DNA of 63,943 nucleotides, the filler included, from Phoronis australis (taxonomy: Eukaryota > Animalia > Phoronida), in the NCBI GenBank assembly GCA_002633005.1. It is 12 parts of 12 records of this genome, joined end to end, with 100 filler letters (N's around TTAATTAATTAA, not from the genome) between each part and the next. Parts side by side here need not be neighbours in the genome. Positions count along the whole stretch, not along the records: positions 49,823 to 51,684 come from NMRA01001376.1; positions 51,785 to 55,133 come from NMRA01003075.1; positions 55,234 to 61,386 come from NMRA01002218.1; positions 61,487 to 63,943 come from NMRA01003662.1; 8 more parts are not named here. The stretch is one strand, 5' to 3'. Within the stretch, counting starts at the first letter, position 1. Each line of letters opens with the position of its first letter. Below, piece after piece: positions 50,437 through 63,259 of this stretch. Under the pieces are notes generated by a model. It had not been told where the DNA came from, made no database searches, and worked only from the letters and a program-made list of their open reading frames with translations. The translations under genes and the position numbers were made by a program.

Positions 50437-50513
50437 AATCGTAGTGGTGTAGTGGTAACGTACGCGCGCTCTAACCGCTAGGTCGTGAGTTCGAGTGTTA
50501 CCTGCATTTTTTT
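50437..50513 (+). pseudogene. tRNA-derived sequence (pseudo-tRNA or SINE head)
   Basis: A box tggtgtagtggt, B box gagttcgag, partial cloverleaf and a T7 terminator; anticodon stem pairs only 3 of 5. Confidence 0.55.
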
Positions 50514-51684
50514 CCTGTTTGACACGTTCTCCGTGTTTTTTTTTTGCCTTTTTTTCTTGGATAATACTTCAGGAATCAAGGAAAATGCTTGATTTTTAGA
50601 GGTAAAAACAGAAAAATTTCCTGGGCTACCTCCCCCCATTCGGTGCTATGTGCATCTACAATCGTGGTTCAGTTTGCGCAAATGCTTCCAGCCGGACAAA
50701 ATGTTGCCCCCCCCTTGTGATATCCTAGATCCGCCACTGAATTGAATAAGGTTACATTAACCTATTCAGTAGATCCCGTGCTGTACCGAGAGTGTTGTAA
50801 GTTTCGATTTGCAAGCCTGCGTTCATCTAGGGAGGGGGGCATTTAAGAGGCCCACCCACGAATTAAAGTTGGCCGTCGAATTTTTCTGACGGCGATGAAT
50901 TGTGATGAAGTAATACTAGTTACGACTTGAGGAGGAGGTAAAATTGGTCGCAACCGGTAAGACAGGGGAGTTCTTATGGATACATTTGGGCAAAGCCAAC
51001 TGAAGTCTAGGTACAACTCGTGGGCGACGCAGCATTGACAAAAAAGTGGGGAGCTATAACCCCAGCCCCCTGTGGTGCCCCGCCTATAGTTTATGAGCGG
51101 CGCTATGCTGAAGAATTGGGGGCTATAGCCCTCAGCCCTCTGTGACACGCTATGCTTCTTCTTTTCCTGATTTACTTGGAAACTTGGTACAAAACTGATA
51201 TTAGATGAAACGAGTCCCGAAGGATGATTCGCCAGTGGCATTATCTTTATTAAAATCGGATAATTTGAACTATAATCGTAAACTTTGCATTTCAAGTGAT
51301 ACATTCAAAATGAAATGACCTACATTTTCATCACTTAGGGATATGCAGAATAGCTTACTGTCGATGTAATTAATATCAATCTGTAATTTACGAATTGTAC
51401 TGTTTTAGCACTAGGAAGACGCGTCAGTTGTTTTATAATCAACACAGAAAGTTCTTTTTACAAAATATAGGGTGAGCTATGATCCTGTGCGGTCTGTCAA
51501 TCACCTCACGCTGTACATGTACCTGTACATGTATCTGTGTAACAGATGGCCAGATAAGCCGGTATGAGACAACACACGCTGTGATGTCATAGGCCTTGGG
51601 ATGTGGTACACCTGTGTATCGTCCCTGATCAAACGTGTTATACTGTAATTGCCTTCAAGAGTGACAATACTTACCGTGCTGCTC

Positions 51685-51784
51685 NNNNNNNNNNNNNNNN
51701 NNNNNNNNNNNNNNNNNNNNNNNNNNNNTTAATTAATTAANNNNNNNNNNNNNNNNNNNNNNNNNNNNNNNNNNNNNNNNNNNN
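51685..51784. other. Artificial contig spacer
   Basis: N44-TTAATTAATTAA-N44. Confidence 0.97.
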
Positions 51785-54139
51785 ATGTAAACACACTCAA
51801 CCAACGCCAACGATGTTGTGTTCATATCTCAGCATGTCCCAAAGGTTACATCGAAAACACTCACGCGCACGCCGCCATTATCTCTGACCCCGAGTGACCT
51901 ATAAAACAAGTTTTCTTCAATGGCTGCGACATAGAGTCAACCCATAAACGTGTTCACGCTTGTTTAAAAATGACACACTAAGAAAAATGTCGACTCCTGG
52001 TTTGATGTCAATATTAGCCGTAGTGCTTAAGAAAACGACCACATTGCTTTGAAAAATCGCACCGCAAGTAACCTACATGTGATAAGTCACGTACGCCAAC
52101 GGCCTTACAGAGAGGGAATTCCGTGACGTCAGTTCGGAATCAGACGAAAGGTCTAGTCAAGCAGTCACATGGCTATAAAAATAGCCGATACCGTCACGCT
52201 GGCCAAACGGGACTTTTTAGGTCATTGAAAGCCAGAGTTGCTCATCTGTGGCAATGATGGACCGAAACCAAACCAGAATCAGAACAATTTTTTCAGAGCG
52301 TACTTAGTGTAATGCTAAGCCTGAATTAGGCCTACACATATACAAATAATCACGTACCGTGATGAAATCAAGTGCCATTACTTTTCCAGACCTTAGATTT
52401 TATGCGATTACTGTAACTGACACTAATTTCAGTGATGAATAATTTAGTAATCAGTGTGAATAGGTTAACTCCATTCACATAAATTATAAATTAAAACATT
52501 GCAAAATTGGGTAAAAAGCATCCACTAAAGAGAATTTCATTGACCTGGTTCTGTTGTTGACTGACCCGGTAGACAGGCCACTATAAGGTCAATCGCCTTT
52601 TCCAACAACACAGTTGCAGCGGCTGTGACCTGACCTCNATGCTCTTGAATATTTGGTAGTTGGCTAAACCCACACACACACCACACTTTTTCATATACGA
52701 CTTTTCGCATGCTAAAAAGGTGTGTATAAGCAGATGTTCCAACAAAAATTTTTGCTGGTGGCGCGACTCACACCCAGATGTGCACAAATATGGTTTCACG
52801 AAACTTATGAGCCACGTTCATGCGACGAAATCGAGAAGGATTTTAAATTATCTTAAGAAAAACTCAAGAGACATGTTAAGTGCCAGAAGCTTACCAGGAT
52901 GCATGGAAATTTCACTATTTGGCTACAAAAACAAAAAATTGTTTTACACGGAGGGGGGGAAACCCCCCCTCCCGCCCCCCCCCCCTCTATGCGCCACGCG
53001 CCTAGGATTCGACATTTGCGGGAATCCTAAACCCCCCCCTTACTGAAAACGTAGATCCGCCCCTGAACTGAAATTTAAGATTTGTCTTAATAGCTAAGTC
53101 AGTTTTCTTGGAACTGGCCTCTGATTGGATGAGAAATGGAGTCACCAAAAGAGCCCATTTTTTTGACTGGATAGTTCCGACAATTTAACGCCCACTATAG
53201 TTTTTGTTTACGACGGTCTCACAAGCGTAAAGGAGATGGCGTTATGGGAGGAATTTCTTTCAGTTAGTGCTTGTTTACCCAGGCATATATTCAGCTGATC
53301 GCGAAGTCAGTTTATGATATGCTTTAGCGACACGTCCTCCGTATATCGTTGATTACAAGAGCTCCAAACACATAATAAAACTTTATAAGCGAAATAATGC
53401 ATTTTTGTAACATTTACAAAATATGTAATGACCTAGAATATAATGCCGTGGAGGTAGAATTGTTTCTTCGGTTTATTAAGCGGCACAGAACGCGAAAAAC
53501 GGACTAAATTGCAATATCCGCTCTGAAACAGAAGCCAAACTGTTCGCCAAGTATTTTTGTGGTTTGCTAGTAAAAAATGTGAATTTCTGTTTATGTTGAA
53601 GTAGTTTCCCTTTTGTATCCCTTGTATGGAAAATGTGATCTTTGATGTAAACAAAACAATGGCGATCATGCATTTAACCGGGCAATTCTTTGAGTGCATT
53701 CGCGCATATATTTTATTAGGGGCGTAGAAACTGAAAACTGTATTGGAAAAAAAGAGTTGTTTTTATTTCGTCTGTGCTTCAAAAATAGCGAATCTGACGA
53801 CTTTTTCTAAAAATTCTTGCAATGTTCAAAGTAAATTACTCCGCCGCTATCATCTCCAGGAAGTCAATTCGCCACGACCTGTTTAAAAGGTATTTTTAAA
53901 TGTTCTCACTGTTCATGCCTCTTTTAAGTCCAGTCATCATTATTCTAAAGGTATTCTCCAATTAGAATAACCATTGTGAAAGTTAATAAAATCTTGTTTA
54001 GCTAAAAATATTCCATGAAAATCTTGAATAAACAACAAGGGAAAGCAAGACAAAGACATTACATGTAAGAAACTAAATTCGACAAGATCGAATCAATCCT
54101 TACTCAGTAGCCTTTTTACAACTGGAACTTACGTCTTCA

Positions 54140-54682
54140 TGTTCAAGCTGACTAATATTATGCATGCTTGGCAAATACTATTCAAGCTTAGCAGATATTA
54201 CTCAAGCTTGACAAATACTATTCAAGCGTTTTTGGCAAATATTATTCAAGCTTGATCAATATTATTCAAGCTTGGCCAATATTATTCAAGCTTGGCCTAT
54301 ATTATTCAAGCTTGACTAACATTATTCAAGTTTTTCAAATATTATTCAAACTTGGCCAATATTATTAAAGCTTGGTTAATATTATTCAAGCTTGACCAAT
54401 ATTATTCAAGCTTCAATTGGCCAATATTATTCAAGCTTGGTAAATATTATCCACGCGTGGCCAATATTATTAAAGCTTGACAAATATTATCCAAGCTTAA
54501 CCAATATTATTCAAGCTTGGCCAACATTATTCAAACTTGGTCAATAATATTGAAGCTTGGTTAATATTATCAAAGCTTGGCCAATATTATTCAAGCTTAA
54601 CCAATATTATTATAGCTTGGCCAATATTATTCAAGCTTGGCCAATACTATTCAGGCTTAGCCATTATTATTCAAGCTTGCCC
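54140..54682. repeat. 20-bp quasi-palindromic minisatellite (caagcttggccaatattatt)n, ~26 copies
   Basis: Read directly from sequence. Confidence 0.95.
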
Positions 54683-55133
54683 ACTAAGCTGCTGACTAGG
54701 TGCGTACCCAGTTGCGTCCACTCATCCTGCATCAACGTCTCGTATTCGATTTAACGCTTTTGTTCGCAACCATCGTTGGCCAAGGACGACAAAATGGAAA
54801 TCATGCCATTCATGTCAACATAAAATTTATCAATCACATTTGTGACCAACATAAACTAAACTTAATAATAAACATAATTCGCATTTGTGTCACGCATGAT
54901 CAATAGTGTACATGGCTCTATTGTTGCTCCTACTTAATTTTGACATTGGACATCGTTTACTAAAGTACTCTAATAACAGGTGTTACGCAACTTTATTCTA
55001 TCAAAAGACCATCTGGATCTCTGAAACCATTGTTTTGTTTTATATTATGGGGTGGGACCTGTGGTTCGGCTTTTAATAGGTGGAGCTAGCCTTTCTAATT
55101 TGAAAAAACGCCATAGAAGGAAATGAGTTCATA

Positions 55134-55233
55134 NNNNNNNNNNNNNNNNNNNNNNNNNNNNNNNNNNNNNNNNNNNNTTAATTAATTAANNNNNNNNNNN
55201 NNNNNNNNNNNNNNNNNNNNNNNNNNNNNNNNN
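55134..55233. other. Artificial contig spacer
   Basis: N44-TTAATTAATTAA-N44. Confidence 0.97.
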
Positions 55234-55266
55234 GATGATGATCCCTGTGCATTTTGAAAAAAAAAT

Positions 55267-55443
55267 TCGAGGTAAAATTGGATTTGTTGAAAATTAAAAA
55301 ATACGATTTAAAAAAAAACGAACTACAAAAAAAAACATTTTTTCGATTTTTGTCACTTTCAGAGTCATGTCTAACTAGTTAAAACTCCCTGTTTACTCAT
55401 TTTAGTTAGGAACCTGGAGATTTGATCAGTGTATACACCTACC
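55267..55443 (-). mobile_element. Partial inverted copy of the Kolobok-like element at 60075-61195
   Basis: Reverse complement of 60075-60253; ends gtgtatacacctacc followed by TTAA. Confidence 0.8.
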
Positions 55444-56207
55444 TTAAAACGACACAACAAGAGTTACGTCAAGTTGTAAGGTTCTAGACAAAAAACAGGT
55501 AAAGCGGGACTACCATCTGTCACACTGTATAGTTCTCAAGGCCACAACTCTTCAAAGGATGATCAAATATTTGCTTTAAAAGTTGCCACAAGATTTAATG
55601 GTTGATCTGTGGTATCTTAATCTTACACCTTTGTCCATCATGCCTCCTAGCGTTAAAACAATAAAAAGAGCTTGCTGTTACAATAGCAAATGTTTTTGGC
55701 TTTGGCTTAGTCTCCATCGTTTGCTTGGAATATACACATGTAGTCTGACAACATTAATGGCCAGTCATGTATAACGTTTCAGTTCAATTTACTGTGAAAA
55801 ACTAGGTAGGCAAACTAATAAGGTTACATTCACCATCATGTTAAGAAACCCGTGACAGAACACCATGAAGACATATACAGCCGATTTCATAAAGGTGGTT
55901 TAACAAAACCAGGCTTAAGACTTAAACCTGGTCTTCCTAAACCTGGTCTAATTTTAGACNCAGTAACTGTACGTGCTAGAGCGTTAGCAGTACGTACTGG
56001 ACACCCTTTCAGAGCGTAACTGTGCACAACTTTTTTGGTTTAAGCAAGTAACTGCGTAAGGAACGGGTGGTCGAGCTGGGTAAACCCAACAAAGAAACTA
56101 TTGAAGTGTTTCAATGGAACTGTGATCACGTGGGTTTCAATGACAGCATACTGTTGTAGGTAAAATCAGTGCAGAAGTATTTTCCTGGTAGCTCTGTCAT
56201 CAATAAA

Positions 56208-57649
56208 ATGAATAGAAAAAGGTCTGAAAACTTTTCTCCTGAGGAAAAAGGTTTCCTCACAGAATTCATTGCATAAAAAATTGATGTCATAGAGAACAAG
56301 AAAGGTGACACCAAAACAAGTCAACGGAAATGACAGGCTTGGAGGGACATTGGGTCCAGACTGGCTGCACAGTTCCCGCAATCAGAAAAACGCAACGATA
56401 AACAGTTAAAAGACTTTTGGAAACGCTCAAAAATGAAGGCCAAAAAGGAATTTTCATCACTAAAAAAAGCTGTAAAGGAAACCGGCGGAGGACCAAAGGA
56501 GGTGGAACTCAGTCAGGAAAATCAGGTGGTGTTAGACTTGATCATAGATGATGACGTTGTCAGTCCTGCCCGAAATGCTTACGACGATGACGCCCTACTT
56601 AGCCAGTCGGACTGTTCGGAGTCCAAGGGACACATTGCAACAGGTACGGGTCAGCATTTGAATGTGTTGCCTTCTTGTCTGTCACGGTCGATGCAGTTCA
56701 CAATAACTCAGATGCTACAGGGAGGGCAAGTCCCAAATGCGCCTTGTACCCGGGACGAGCCGCGAACGGAATAGACAGCAGGCACCGTCTCCCTTTTCGA
56801 GTCCCGCATGTGGTTCGAGTACACCACGAGGCAACCAAGAACAAGTCTACTGTACCCCCTACACAGGGATAAGTAGACTGTGTACGCCACAAAGCTACCA
56901 AGCTCCATTTCGCCTGAGAAGCCCTGTTGGCGTGTGTTAGAAAAGCAATGGAGTTAGAAAAGCCGTCAAATTCCCGAGGTAGGCAGTCTTTTTCGTGTAC
57001 GAACTTTCATGTAAGTCCCGTTCATGGAAGGCGTTTTGCGGAAATACTTGCAGAAATATTTTCCGTATCATGGGAAATTATGTGCATTAGAACAAAAATT
57101 GCGGAACCATTACAGTTATTCAGACGCGTTAATATTTAACGCCGTTTTCCTTGACAAAGTCGCATGAACGGGACTTGCATGTTTCGTAAGTATTAAAATA
57201 AACGATTAAAAACAAAATTATCTTAGTTTTATATGAGCGTGGTTGTTTTGCACGGCTGCATGAATTATGTATATGACAACTGATATTTCATTGGCCCTTT
57301 GTTTGAAAAAGTAATAGATTTACATTGAATAATTATAAACCAATCATCGAGGGACATTAACCATTAATGTTGCTGCCAACAATTCATAATCAAATTTTTG
57401 AATTTTCGTGATTTAAAAATGTCCGGTCAACGAAGAATCCATTTTGACACTCTTTGGCTTTCAGTCCAATTGATACATGTTGTTCCAGCTTCTACGCGTG
57501 CCAATTATAACCACGAAATTGTACCTGCCGAAATTCTTACAATGAGACGCAAAGAGCATCACAGGAGGATGGAAGTTATAGACCTCAAGAAAAGAGTTCT
57601 TCTTTTGAAAGAAAAGAAATTACAGAAAGAAATAAGTACATTAACGTAA
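56208..57649 (+). pseudogene. Harbinger Myb/SANT-like DNA-binding protein (MSANTD3/4-like), spliced, with nonsense mutations
   Basis: MNRKRSENFSPEEK..KIDVIENKK..AWRDI..QLKDFWKRSKMKAKK..ETGGGP with TAA at 56274 and TGA at 56331; coiled-coil last exon ~57489-57649. Confidence 0.85.
57008..57181. mobile_element. Small MITE-like insertion in the Myb gene intron
   Basis: catgtaagtcccgttcatg / catgaacgggacttgcatg. Confidence 0.7.
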
Positions 57650-57816
57650 GAAAGAACACTGATTTTTACCGTGTAACCAGATTTTATTAAATTTTGACGA
57701 TTGCATCGTTGTTTTCAGTTTGTGGGAACAAAATAGATTAATATATTTATTTATATACATCAACATGTGAGTTTATGACTTGTTCATCAATTTACAATTC
57801 ACACACTTCTTTGTTA

Positions 57817-58849
57817 TTACGCGAAATGGTTTTGAATCAGCAAACGTGTAAACACTAGTCCTCTTTGCCCGTCACGTGCAACAACATTGATGTTGACGTC
57901 TTCATCATCACCATCATCTTCTTGGGGAATGTAATCTTCGTCCCCGTTCAATCTTGACATGTTGTGCAATACACACAGCGATTGCCTGGGCAATGTGTGT
58001 TGAGCACCTAAGTCGAGAACCTATGCTGATGCAGGGAAAACGTCTCTTAAGTGTCCCAAAAAACCCTCTCTATGGTATTTCGAGTACGTTTGTGGGCAGA
58101 ATTCTAACGCACCTCTGCATCTGTGGTTAGTCGTAGTACAGGGGTCAGTAGATATCTTTCACACGCTTATCCATTGTCGCCAAGAAGTGAACCCCTGATC
58201 CTTCCATTTTGAAGCTTTTCTGCCAATGTGCTGTTGCGAAATATTGTGCTGTCGTGGGTTGATCCAGGCCAGCGAGTTACGACATTGCGAATCATCAGTG
58301 ATGCGTCCCATACTGCCTGTACATTCAACGAGTAAAACCCATTCCGATTGACGTACGCGGCAGGATTCCTGATTGCTCGTGGACAAGCAATTCTGATGTG
58401 TGTACCATCAATACAACCGACAACTCCAGGGAAATGTGCAACGCAAAAAAAATATTGTTTGATTCTGTTGGCTTCTACCGGATCGGGCATGTTGGTGTAT
58501 TGTGGTTTCAGTGATGCGATCGCCTCGCTTACCCTCCGCACAATCCTGTAGACAGATGCCACACTAATGCCGCTCAGGTCGCCTGCCACGCGTTGATAGC
58601 TGCCGGTTGCATAAAATGGCAAACAGCACTTGTAGCTCTGGCGTTTCTCTGGTTTCTCAGGATTAGAGGTGCTAGTCGGTTTCTGACGTATCTCATTGTC
58701 TGTTTTGTCATTCGGAACCGCCTTTTGAAGTCTGTCTCGTCGTGAAATTCAAAATAGTTTACTCTCGCTCTAAAATTGCGTCGGAGACGCACGTCGCGAC
58801 GTCTTTCACCTGCTCGATAGAGCACATGTGTATCTGAGTCAGCCATCAT
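57817..58849 (-). pseudogene. Harbinger (HARBI1-like, DDE_Tnp_4) transposase with frameshifts and stops
   Basis: FKRRFRMTK; FYATGSYQ..GDLSGIS; FPGVVGCIDGTHIRI; YVNRNGFYSLNVQ; WPGSTHDS; LLGDNG*; TRNTIER; LKRRF; CVLHN. Confidence 0.93.
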
Positions 58850-59357
58850 TAAAAGCGTTAAACCTGGGTCTGACCAGGTCTAAAGTTAAATCTGGTTTAG
58901 GGTCTTAGTACAGGTCTAAGAAACTTTGACTACGGTGGTGAAATGAAAAGTGTCTTAGACCAGGTTTCAAGTGGAGTTAAACTAGGCTTTGCTAGACCAA
59001 TGGTCTAAAAGTTAAACCACCTTTATGAAATGCGGGTTATCTTTAAACCTGGTCCAAGTCCAGTTTAAACCAGGTTTAACTTTAAAGCACCTTCATGAAA
59101 TCGGATGCAAGTGTCGATATACCAGTCAGGTTACATCCATGAAGTGAAATGAGTGAGACAGGAAATAGTAAATATATCATCACCATAGCTGTAGTGTTAC
59201 TGAGATCTGCATGTTATTCAGAGAACCAGCAGCATGCAGGTCCTGAACATATTTTTTATCCTACTGTGGCCAAAAACTGATGCAATTAAGAATTAATTCG
59301 CCGGCTGGGATGAATAGAATAATTCAATCACAGAAATATGTGAAAATTCGGTGGTAG

Positions 59358-59358
<1 letters not shown>

Positions 59359-59396
<38 letters not shown>

Positions 59397-59403
59397 CCTC
59401 CCT
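59359..59403. repeat. (CT)n microsatellite next to a real assembly gap (59404-59587)
   Basis: Read directly from sequence. Confidence 0.95.
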
Positions 59404-60074
59404 NNNNNNNNNNNNNNNNNNNNNNNNNNNNNNNNNNNNNNNNNNNNNNNNNNNNNNNNNNNNNNNNNNNNNNNNNNNNNNNNNNNNNNNNNNNNNNNNN
59501 NNNNNNNNNNNNNNNNNNNNNNNNNNNNNNNNNNNNNNNNNNNNNNNNNNNNNNNNNNNNNNNNNNNNNNNNNNNNNNNNNNNNNNNTCTTTTTGCCCAC
59601 TTCGCCATTTTTACACTGCGCACGCCATACCACCTGCGCGTGAGTTACCGATTTTGGAAACTGAACGAGGGATTGCTCAAGGAAAAAGTTTGATAACTGG
59701 AGTATTTCGTCGAGCTGGAAGGAATTTAGATCGATGGCCTGCTGTGCGCAAAAGGTATTTATATAACAACGTGAATCCGATGTTTTAGTGAATGTGAGAC
59801 ATACACTCTTTCACAGTGCATAGGCGGTGCTGTGTCACAGGGTATGTCAGGCATAATTAGGCGTATGGAGCTCCTAAAGGAGCTATACCGTCGATTCAGC
59901 TTGAGACGGTGGTCACTGTCCATACGGAAAGAAGCAGGTTCGCGCGTGAATGTGGTGGACCCGCATAAACAAGTGATCTTAGCATTGTGTTTTATGTGTA
60001 AGTGTGGTGGCTGGCGCAATGAAAGATCACGCGGGGCTCTGACCAGCAGGTTGGAAGTTCGAGCCCATTTTTAA

Positions 60075-61195
60075 GCTAGGTGTATACACTGGTCAAATCT
60101 CCAGGTTCCTAACTAAAATGAGTAAAAAGGGAGATTTAACTAGTTAGACATGACTCTGAAAGTGACAAAAATCGAAAAAAAAAATTTTTTTTGTGGTTCG
60201 TTTTTTTTTTAAATCGTATTTTTTAATTTTCAAAAAATCCAATTTTACCTCGAGCCGAGAAAAACGGCTTTGAAGTGCCTGTACCGAATGGACTTTGGGA
60301 TAAGAAAATATCACTTTCTGCGCAAATAGCGTCGCTTGGGTGAGATTCTCATGTTACCAAAGTTTCTTATATTGCTTTCCTCTAAAATCGTATAATATCA
60401 TGAGTTTTAATTCAGGGATACGTTTGAATCTATGCACTAGAACAATTTTGTTATTATGAACACTGCATGGGTCATTTCTCTAATTCTTTGGGTTACGGCC
60501 AGTGGCAAGTTAAAAAATCCCCTGGGTTTGACAGCCTAGTTTCTCCACGGCGCGTTCCCAACACAGAAGCACGGTTTATCTGCAAAGACTCTACTCTGAC
60601 GGCATGTACTTGTCCATGTGTTGCGCGCGGCGTGTCTTCACAACGCGTGCATGCACTCTCACTGAATCGTGCAACACCATGCACCCACGTCGACGCTCAG
60701 CGTCCTCTCGCAAGACACTTCACCTTACCGACTTCTCTTGTACACGCACAATTTCTGATGACTTCGGTAGGACTTGGCGTACTCAACTTAATTTTTTTGC
60801 AGATAGACAATCAGGCTCAGGCTCGGAACAGGAGCTAGTTCACCATTTCACTACCAACTTTCACATGGTCAAAAATAGGAATATTTTATTCTTGGTCTTG
60901 CTACAACATCAATGTCAGCTGGTACAGCACTCTCCATTGCCCGGTTACGCAACGTTGGTTGACAGGGTTAGATTAGAGCTAGTGTCCTTGTGTAAGCTCC
61001 GCCCCAGTCACTGAGCTAGTGAGCACTCAAGACACATGACTTACTGAGGCTTGGTCAAATATAGCTAAAAAACAACTTTGGATTTTCAGAATGATTTTAT
61101 TTTTCTTCAGTACACTGTGCATCAAGAGTTAAAGATTAGGATGACATAAAAATGTAAAAAACAGTCAAATTTAATTTTATGTGTATCCACCTACC
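60075..61195 (+). mobile_element. Non-autonomous Kolobok-like DNA transposon with TTAA target-site duplication
   Basis: TTAA-gctaggtgtatacac ... gtgtatccacctacc-TTAA. GG...CC-type termini rather than CCC...GGG favour Kolobok over piggyBac. Confidence 0.75.
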
Positions 61196-61386
61196 TTAAA
61201 TCCAAACTGACAATACCACTGTTTAAATGCTTTAAAACACTGAGTCGTCAATTTGTTTATTTAAAAAATTTCTTTCTGGAGCCGGTGCAATCAAGTCCGA
61301 TTGAATGGTGTGACCACATAAATTATGTGCCTTCTTGTGTATATGTTCGCCATCGGGACAAAAAAAAATACGTAAAGCAGGTGAAA

Positions 61387-61486
61387 NNNNNNNNNNNNNN
61401 NNNNNNNNNNNNNNNNNNNNNNNNNNNNNNTTAATTAATTAANNNNNNNNNNNNNNNNNNNNNNNNNNNNNNNNNNNNNNNNNNNN
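61387..61486. other. Artificial contig spacer
   Basis: N44-TTAATTAATTAA-N44. Confidence 0.97.
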
Positions 61487-61744
61487 AAATCGGGGGAGGG
61501 CGGTTAACTGAGCAGTGGGCGGTTAAATCGAGAATCCACTTAAAGTCGGGGATGGGCGATTAACTGAGCATGGGCGTTAACCCGAACGATTACGGTATAT
61601 AAACAAGTAAATCTTGATGTGACCAACAGGTGGCGAGCAGACCAGGCTTAAAAATGTTTGTAACCTATATTTCCACACCAGTTCAAGACTTACATATTTA
61701 TATTTCATGAAGTTCCTTTAACAGGTTTTGGAGCAAAAACAGCT

Positions 61745-61945
61745 GAGGCTGGACATCCATATAATGATGAGACTGGCCACCCATACAGTGATGAGACTGA
61801 ACATCCATACAGTGATAAGACTGGACACCCATATAGTGATGAGACTGGACACCCATATAGTGATGAGACTAGACACCCATATAGTGATGAGACTGGACAC
61901 CCATATAGTGATGAGACTGGACACCCATATAGTGATGACACTGGC
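61745..61945. repeat. 24-bp minisatellite x8 (gtgatgagactggacacccatata)
   Basis: Read directly from sequence. Confidence 0.95.
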
Positions 61946-62548
61946 ACATGTGTGGGTGCAGAATAACGATAAGTGACAACCAATCCTCATTTATAGTACT
62001 AATTAACACATTGTCACAAGAACCGACACTGAGTTAATTAAGCATTAGAAACTGGAAAGTTGTAATCATCATTTTCACTGCTTAAATGATTTCGGATAGT
62101 TGCATGCCATCATTTTCACTTTGGGAATGCAAGGAGAACCTATGGTTTGTAAAGTGTCTAATACAATATTTTGAGCTGCATACTATAACCACTTCACCTT
62201 GGGCTAGGCATAAGTCATGACTCACTCCCCCATTCAAATTTCACTGCATTCTTTAAGATCACTCTGAAAAGTGGTGGTGTACACAAGTCACTTTGCCCCA
62301 ATGTGATGCTCAGGCAGGTTACACTACAGAGGTTGATATATATCAACAAAGTAATAGTAGTTGTAATGCACCTTATTTCCTTAATCTTGTTGTGTATTAG
62401 ATTACTGGCTTTTGCCATTCAAATACTGAAAAAGTTCAATTTTCAATGGTGGTTTAGTTTTTATAGTCCATAGTGTCTAAAACGGTAGGAAAAAATATTG
62501 CAGGGTGTCAACTAACATAAGGCCTTGAAAAAATAGGAAATAGGAAAT

Positions 62549-63255
62549 TTTCAGTCAAGCATCATGGATGCAATGGTTACTGACTGGTTGGATATAGCTG
62601 ATGAACCAGACTATGCTTATCACTGACTGGTTGGAGATAGCTGATGAAGCAGACAATTCTTATCACTGACTGGTTGGAGATAGCTGATGAAGCAGACAAT
62701 GCTTCTCACTGACTGGTTGGAGATAGCTGATGAAGCAGACAATGCTTATCACTGACTGGTTGGATATAGCTGATGAAGCAGACAATGCTTATCACTGACT
62801 GGTTGGATATAGCTGATGAAGCAGACAATGCTTATCACTGACTGGTTGGATATAGCTGATGAAGCAGACAATGCTTATCACTGACTGGTTGGAGATAGCT
62901 GATGAAGCAGACAATGCTTATCACTGACTGGTTGGATATAGCTGATGAAGCAGACAATGCTTNTTTCAGTCAAGCATCATGGATGCAATGGTTACTGACT
63001 GGTTGGATATAGCTGATGAAGCAGACAATTCTTATCACTGACTGGTTGGATATAGCTGATGAAGCAGACAATGCTTATCACTGACTGGTTGGATATAGCT
63101 GATGAAGCAGACAATGCTTATCACTGACTGGTTGGAGATAGCTGATGAAGCAGACAATGCTTCTCACTGACTGGTTGGAGATAGCTGATGAAGCAGACAG
63201 ACAATGCTTCTCACTGACTGGTTGGAGATAGCTGATGAAGCAGACAATGCTTCTC
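62549..63255. repeat. 43-bp minisatellite, ~15 copies (cactgactggttggagatagctgatgaagcagacaatgcttat)
   Basis: Read directly; the array and its leader restart after the single N at 62963. Confidence 0.95.
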
Positions 63256-63259
63256 GGAA

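Larger units (their letters stand above)
55878..59107. mobile_element. PIF/Harbinger DNA transposon, near full length, inactive
   Basis: TIRs cagccgatttcataaaggtggtttaa / ttaaagcaccttcatgaaatcggatg; subterminal aaacctgg repeats; convergent Myb/SANT and DDE genes. TSD not evident. Confidence 0.9.

Noticed and set aside
59324-59788. ORFs with RERERE or SLSLSL and X runs
   Set aside because: (CT)n repeat read through an assembly gap.
61705-61990. Repetitive ORFs (SSLYGCPV)n and (VMRLDTHI)n
   Set aside because: By-product of a 24-bp unit that is open in several frames on both strands; no splice or flanking coding support.
62549-63255. 43-bp repeats as a CRISPR array or hammerhead ribozyme (ctgatga)
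   Set aside because: Head-to-tail units with no unique spacers, eukaryotic context, no cas genes, and no GAAA box after the putative stem II.
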